From: Vitrella brassicaformis CCMP3155
Lineage: Eukaryota > Protista > Chromerida
Assembly (NCBI GenBank): GCA_001179505.1
Contig: CDMY01000956.1
Coordinates: 1 to 8,334 of the forward strand
Direction of reading: 5' to 3'
Length of the DNA: 8,334 nucleotides
In this document: one piece after another, positions 1 to 5,388 of the stretch
Position numbering within the stretch: position 1 is the first letter of the stretch
Layout of the letters: the number at the start of each line of letters is the position of its first letter
Made by a program: the position numbers and the translations under genes
The notes under the pieces: model-generated
The model's input: only the letters and a program-made list of their open reading frames with translations
The model's database searches: none
Told to the model about the DNA's origin: nothing

Positions 1-129
1 AACAACTCAGTTCGCCCCTCCCAAGCTCGGCAGGCCTCTGAGTGATCTCACACACTTACGTGGGGAAGGCAGATGCGCTGCCGACGAGCGCTGCGATAGC
101 CAGCAGCCATGCCAGTGACGACTGCATCC
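1..129. repeat. Terminal direct repeat, left copy (identical to 8206-8334)
   Basis: AACAACTCAG...GACTGCATCC at 1-129 recurs base for base at the window end, giving a period of 8205 bp. Confidence 0.97.
60..127 (-). CDS. Second copy of exon 1 (signal peptide) of the C-type lectin gene B
   Basis: ATG at 127 reads MQSSLAWLLAIAALVGSASAFP+AC, followed by a GTAAGT donor. It is identical to 8265-8332. Confidence 0.85.
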
Positions 130-449
130 CTACTGCCTCGGTACAAGCGATGCGAGATCTCCCTCTGTGCGGCGGTAGACAGGCAGCAATGAGTCCAAGG
201 CCTTCAGCAAAGGGATGGATTGATGGGAGTGATGGGACTTCACTGTCGACGGGAGATCTGCGCCATCTCCTACCGATCACCTCGACCGAACCTAAACCCT
301 AAACCCACAGCAGATCAAGAGAGACGGACCCCTCTTTTTGTCTCCTGCAACTCTCTCCCTCCCTCATTGTTCACTGGCCCCTTCTCTACATCTCGTTGAA
401 GCTGGCTCAATCTGCTGCAGTGCTGTACAGTCCGTGAGAGTTGACTGCA
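128..449. promoter_or_regulatory. Putative bidirectional promoter and 5' UTRs between gene B (ATG 127, -) and gene A (ATG 450, +)
   Basis: 322 bp separate two divergent start codons, with a pyrimidine-rich stretch at about 330-395. Promoter function is inferred from position only. Confidence 0.6.
289..306 (+). promoter_or_regulatory. Telomere-like (CCCTAAA) motif / telo-box
   Basis: AACCTAAACCCTAAACCC is about 2.5 units of the TTTAGGG-type repeat and contains AAACCCTAA at 294-302. Confidence 0.5.
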
Positions 450-1418
450 ATGGCGCTCAAGAGCTTGGTATTGGTATTTGCCTTGCTCGCCTCCGCCCAT
501 GGCCAAGGTACGCGTAGAAGGCCGGACGTATCGCACACAGGAGGGCGTCACGCACCTGCAGTGCAGGGTACATAGATCTGCTGTATCGTCGTCTGTGTGT
601 GTTGTTGCGTGCGTGTGTGTGTGTCTGGCTGGCAGGGACGGAAACGAACTTGCTGAGTCAGGCGCGTCGTCGCACAAGGCACAAGGTGAGGTCAGAGCAG
701 ATACGCACGCACAAGACGACACGCCTTGATTCGCACACTGCGTGTGTGTGTGTGTGTCTGTGTGGTGCCTGCCAATTGACTGACCATGTGCAGCGATCGG
801 CAGCATCTGCTCGACGGCTATGGAGTACCTGAGCAAGAGCATCAGAATTCCGACTGGACTCGATATCGACTGCGGATCGGTGAACGACGCCGCTCAGGGA
901 GTCCAGGATGCTGCTGACGACGCTGCTCAGGGGCTCCAGGATGCTGGTGAAGGAGCGGCTCAGGGGGTCCAGGATGCTGCTGACGACGCCGCTCAGGGGG
1001 TCCAGGAAGGGGGGGAGGCAGTGGTTGAGACCGTTGGTGGTTGGTTTCGGAGGCTGGTTCCCGTTCCTGTCGCGGATACATGCGGTAAGCGGGGCTGAAA
1101 CAGGCCAGGCCAGACAGGGCGGCGAGTATGGAATGCGGGCGACTGTCGGCTCTGGCTGTGTGTACGAAGTGCCCAAGGGTGCGTCGATCAAGTGGGACGA
1201 AAAGACTCTCAGTTCGATGATTGGTGGCGATGTGACGAGCACACTCGAGGCGAGCTGCGAGTGCTTCGAGTTGGCCGACAAGATTCTGCAAGAGGGGCTG
1301 CAGAACTCCTTCGAAAGCGTCGACTACAACGAGGCGGTCTCTGCCGCTCTCACGGTGGGCACATGAATGGAGGCGAGAAAGAGTGATAGCGCTTCTGCAT
1401 TCGCCTCTCCCTCTGTCT

Positions 1419-1450
<32 letters not shown>

Positions 1451-2927
1451 CGGGTCTCAAGGTGCAGAACTGTCTGATCGACCTGGGGTTGAACGTGCAG
1501 GAGCCGGACAAGGACAATGTCCTGGCTGAGATCCGAGACGGTCGCGGTGCTTCACTGTATCGCGTCACCGAGCTGGAGGAGATCGACTTGGCATTCTACC
1601 AGAAGGTGTGTGAAGCCACTGATATCACTCAAGTGACGCGTGTCCTGTCAGAGAGGATGTTTGTGTGTATGTGTGCGCAGATCGTTGGGCTCGGTGCTGC
1701 CTGCGTAGCCACGGGCTCCACATGTGACCAACTGATCAACGAATTCCGCCTCTACCTGGTAAGCACACAAGACTTTCACACGCGATACGGCCACACAGAG
1801 ACACACACACGCTGCTTTACATGTGCTGCATTGCAGGAGAATTCTGCTGACCGATTGGCTGATGAGTTTGTGGCTCTCAAAGACGACATCGTCGATCGGA
1901 TCAACACTGTCACGTCAGCTGTGACCGATCGCATGAATGTCCTCGAGAGGGTCCCCCAGCTCCTTCGCAAGACCCGTGCAGACCTTGAAGCATGTGCCAG
2001 CGAGACCCAAAGCAGTGTAGAGCAGTCCTCCATCGCCCAGCTGGACGAGATGGCGGCCAAGATCGAGAGACTGACGACACTCATGGACACCGTCCCTGCA
2101 GTTCTGGACGCGCTGCAGGCCGCCGAGGACTTTTACAAGCTGATGAACTATCGGGAGACTATTGCTGAAGCCATTTCAAGCGGCCGGGCGCCCGACCTGC
2201 CGTCGATGGTGGAGGGGCTGAAGGGAGGCACCAAAGTACGTGGGTGTGTGCCACACTCGAGACACAGTTGGGTTTAAGTCGGTGCGTGTGGGCTGTGCTT
2301 GGTCTGTCCGGTAGGTGGCTGGGGCGTTTGAACAAGTCGAGACGCTGTTTGCGGACTTCGACGACGTCTTGTTTGACGTGACCCTCCTCGAGTCAATTCC
2401 CGAGAATCAGATGCCAAGCGGCCTGGAGGACTGCATGCGTCGTCGAGGGGAGAACGCCTTCATGGACCTGGACACGGCCTCTCTTGCCATGCCTGACCTC
2501 CGAGAAATGATCGACAATGTAATTGTCACAAATTTGGAAGTGCGAGGCGGCGTGGCCAGCTACTCCAGGTGTGCACGGCTCACACACACACACTCTCTTA
2601 CGACATGACATGTCTGTGTCTGACTGGTGTGTGGCGTACATAGGTTCATCGATATCAGTGTGCCGATGCCGTGCTCGCGGATGGAGGACAAGTGCTTCGA
2701 GGTCAAGGAGATCGGCTTCAAGCAATGTGGTAGGTGACCTAGCATAGGCCAACAAACGCTGCATGCACCAGCAGTCAGCATATGCATTTGTACGTGTGGC
2801 TTCCTTTCCTTCTCTGCAACAATCAGTGGACTGGCCTGAGTTCTATGAGTGCACGTATGAGAAGGAGGTGCCATTGCCGAACCACCACATCCCCTGGGTC
2901 GGCTTTTACCTCTACGGGAGGTCGTGA
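450..2927 (+). CDS. Gene A: secreted hypothetical protein (about 535 aa) with signal peptide, 4 x 11-aa repeat, long helical/coiled-coil middle and Cys-rich C-terminal region ending PNHHIPWVGFYLYGRS
   Basis: Manual exon model: 450-507, 794-1084, 1170-1354, 1450-1605, 1681-1758, 1837-2235, 2315-2568, 2644-2729, 2827-2927 (1608 nt, all GT-AG, phases consistent, TGA at 2925-2927). The N-terminus MALKSLVLVFALLASAHGQ is a typical signal peptide. The structure of intron 1 and the AAG acceptor at 1169 are the least certain parts. Confidence 0.8.
886..1017 (+). repeat. Coding tandem repeat, 4 x 33 nt (DAAQGVQDAAD / DAAQGLQDAGE / GAAQGVQDAAD / DAAQGVQEGGE)
   Basis: Contiguous 33-nt units with several synonymous third-position differences (GCC/GCT, GGA/GGG), which supports the frame of ORF 820-1098. 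Confidence 0.9.
1419..1446 (+). repeat. (TG)14 microsatellite abutting the CAG acceptor at 1447-1449
   Basis: Read directly. Similar TG tracts precede many acceptors in both genes. Confidence 0.95.
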
Positions 2928-3185
2928 GCAGAAAAGTGACCAGGCAGGTGAGTATATAATGCAGACAGGACGCAGACAGGTTGTGTGCGCTCTGAGTGGA
3001 TATACACGCATTCATTGATGATGTGCGCTGGTATGTGCTGTCATTCGCTTTCGTGTGCAGGCCTTCTCAGGTTTTGCTTAAAGCTTAGCACGACTTTGCT
3101 GATGATCACGCTTGTGCCTGTACGGTGTTGTACCATTCATGCTGCAACGACAGAGTGTGCATCGAGAAATGGAATCACTCGTCGT

Positions 3186-3292
3186 TACGTGTGCATGTAT
3201 GTGTGTAGAAACATGTATGTGTACGTACGTGTACATGTATGTGTACATATGTGTGTGTACATCTGTCCGTATGTACGTATGTGTGTACGTAT
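3186..3292. repeat. Mixed GT/AT/AC purine-pyrimidine alternating tract (possible Z-DNA former)
   Basis: Uninterrupted R/Y alternation over 3211-3262 (52 nt), with shorter runs on both sides. Confidence 0.75.
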
Positions 3293-3414
3293 CCGTGTAT
3301 CGATGGCTGTATGCATGGTTTTTTTCTTTGTGAAACGCACAGCTGCTCCAGAGAGACAAGCAGGCAGGCAGGCAGGCAAACAGGCAGCGTTTTGCAATCA
3401 GCAAAAGAGCAGGC

Positions 3415-4185
3415 CACGTGTGCGTAAGTGCTCGCCTGCCTGCCTTGCAGCAATGAGCTAGCTCCAACTCTGGACAGCCAGATCTACTGTAGGTATGTAG
3501 GCCATTCGTGTATGTGAACACGTAGGTAGACACGTAGATAGGGAAGGGCAATGCAAATGCCGCCCCATCCATCCTTCCTTCATGTGGCATTTCACCTGTT
3601 TGTTGTGTCTCTGGTTTTCTGGGTGTCTATTTGTATGTCAGTTTGCATGTTGGTCTTCCAGTCTGATTGTCAGTCAGTCAGTCAATCAGTCAGTCAGTCT
3701 GTCCTTCCGCTCGTCCGTGAGTGGACGGGTGGGTGGACAAGTGACTATGCATATGTACACCAAGTAGCTGGCAGGCAGGCTGATTGGATGTGCGTGTATT
3801 CTCGCCTGCCTGCCAGCGTGCCTTCCTCCCTCGCAGCAATGAGCGGGATCTAGCTGAGGACAGCCAGACTGTAGGCATGTGGGCCATACATGTACGTGAT
3901 CGTGTCGGTAGACACGTACACAGAGAATGAGGGCAGCGTATGTGGATGGATGGATGGATCCACGTGGATCCATCCATCCATCCTTCATGTGGCATTTCAC
4001 CTGTTTGTTGTGTCTCTGGTGGTTTTCTGGGTGTCTATTTGGTGTCAGTTTGTATGTCATTTTCACTCCCTGTCTTTTTGTCCGGCAGTCTGTCTGTCTG
4101 TCTGTCCTTTCGCTCGTCCGTGAGTGAATGGGTGGGTGGACAAGTGACGATGTACACCAAGTAGCTGGCTGGCTGATTGCGTGTG
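3415..4185. repeat. Diverged tandem duplication, two copies of about 370-405 bp
   Basis: Shared blocks: CTCGCCTGCCTGCC 3431/3801; CCTTCATGTGGCATTTCACCTGTTTGTTGTGTCTCTGG 3577/3982; CGCTCGTCCGTGAGTG 3708/4111; TGTACACCAAGTAGCTGGC 3754/4151. Confidence 0.9.
3944..3983. repeat. Perfect 40-bp palindrome
   Basis: GGATGGATGGATGGATCCACGTGGATCCATCCATCCATCC: 20 base pairs checked, no spacer, centred on CACGTG. Confidence 0.95.
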
Positions 4186-4544
4186 TACGTGTGCTTTGAC
4201 ATAAACGCGGGGCAGGCCGGTGGCCATTCCATCAGTATGTGGGGTGATGTGTGGTTTGCTGTCCATGTGTGTTGTCGGCCCTTCTCCTTTTTGCATCGCC
4301 AGATTCATCACATGGATGGGGGTGCGTGGGCGATACACCTGGTGGGTCGTTGGTTTTGACGGGCATTTTCATGCGTGGACAATCGAATGAAAGAGGGGGA
4401 ATGCCGCCAGAGAGATACATGTACATGAACCAAAGGAACGACCAGACGGTGTTGTTTCGGTCTTTGATGGATGTCGTTGATCCATTCTGACAAATGAGAT
4501 ACACTTGCTACGAACGAATTAAACCGAATGACACACAGCGGCTG

Positions 4545-4670
4545 AAGGAGTGCCGAAAAAACGGATGCGTGTCTGCCTGCATCCACGACACACATGTGAC
4601 CGACATAACTGATTCCTCTCTGAGTGACTGACTGACAGACTGACTAACCGCAGCACCCACTACACACACA
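4545..4670. repeat. Diverged ~120-bp direct repeat, copy 1
   Basis: AAGGAGTGCC..AAAAA..ATGCGTGTCTGCCTGCATCC..ACATGTGA.CGAC..GACTGACTG..GCAGCACC recurs at about 5015-5125. Confidence 0.8.
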
Positions 4671-5014
4671 GGCACATACGCACGAGTGTGGGCAATCGCA
4701 GACCTCACAGACGGTTCCTGGCACACACGGGTGAGTATCGAAACGATAAAAAAAAGTACTCGAACACGGCGCTGTCTTGCAAAACGCGATCGCCGAACCA
4801 GGCGATGTCAGCAGGCCCGGGCCACACACTGGCACCTGACGAAAAAGACAGACGACACATGTGGACAGCAAAGCGCGCACACAGAGACAGACATACAGCC
4901 AGGATGACTGACGAATCCAAACCAAGCCAACAAACAGCCTTCTGCCTGCCTGTCGGCCTGCCCGTCTCCCTGCACACACACCTAGAGCTGATTGCCCTCT
5001 GTGTCGGTCGATTC

Positions 5015-5125
5015 AAGGAGTGCCAAAAAACCAATGCGTGTCTGCCTGCATCCCTCACACAAACATGTGATCGACGTTGCTGACCCCTTTCTGTCTCACT
5101 GACTGACTGCAGCACCACACACATC
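5015..5125. repeat. Diverged ~120-bp direct repeat, copy 2
   Basis: Matches 4545-4670 at an offset of about 470 bp. The DNA between the copies is not duplicated. Confidence 0.8.
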
Positions 5126-5388
5126 AAGCTGTACACCACTCCCCGTGTGTGCGTGTGTGTGGCCGAAAAGCAATACCACCACGCCCACACAGCTCAGCCA
5201 GGGGCCGCCACACACACACACAGACACACAGCACACCAGCCATCCCTCCATCACCCACACACCAATTCAAGCCCCGACCGATGCACGCAGGCAGGCAGGC
5301 AGGCACACAAAAAAGGTGATCGAAGAAATATGAGGCAGTACACATAGAGGAAAGGAGAGGAGAGAAGCGAGACGAGAACACACGTCAC

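Noticed and set aside
1-129. Terminal repeat as an LTR or viral terminal repeat
   Set aside because: It is a piece of a host-type gene (exon 1 plus intron), lacks TG...CA ends, and no gag, pol, integrase or viral gene lies between the copies.
252-270. GGAGAT-N7-ATCTCC hairpin in the promoter
   Set aside because: A 6-bp stem is expected by chance.
886-1017. 33-nt repeats as a CRISPR array
   Set aside because: The units are contiguous with no unique spacers, vary at synonymous positions and lie within a spliced exon.
1081-1098. CGKRG-stop as an amidated neuropeptide-like end of ORF 820-1098
   Set aside because: It is explained by read-through of a strong GTAAGC donor at 1085, and coding sequence continues in downstream exons.
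658-1366. ORFs 658-1281 (-), 842-1291 (-) and the N-terminal part of 908-1366 (+)
   Set aside because: They are shadow frames of the stop-poor coding repeat. Only 1170-1354 of the last one is used as an exon.
1420-2277. 285-aa ORF as a single-exon gene
   Set aside because: It begins in a TG microsatellite and reads through two 3n stop-free introns (1606-1680, 1759-1836) with canonical sites.
2985-4232. Many overlapping ORFs rich in C, V, M, Y, H and T
   Set aside because: They are translations of microsatellites and the duplication, with no protein-like composition.
4251-4490. 79-aa ORF with a mildly hydrophobic start in the unique island
   Set aside because: No recognisable motif or supporting splice structure, and other frames are similarly open. 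It cannot be excluded without RNA data.
4644-5190. Minus-strand ORFs 4644-4979 and 4705-5190 as further long exons of gene B
   Set aside because: They are largely repeat-derived. From the phase-2 donor at 5392, the acceptor at 4836 opens the third frame, which stops after 9 codons.
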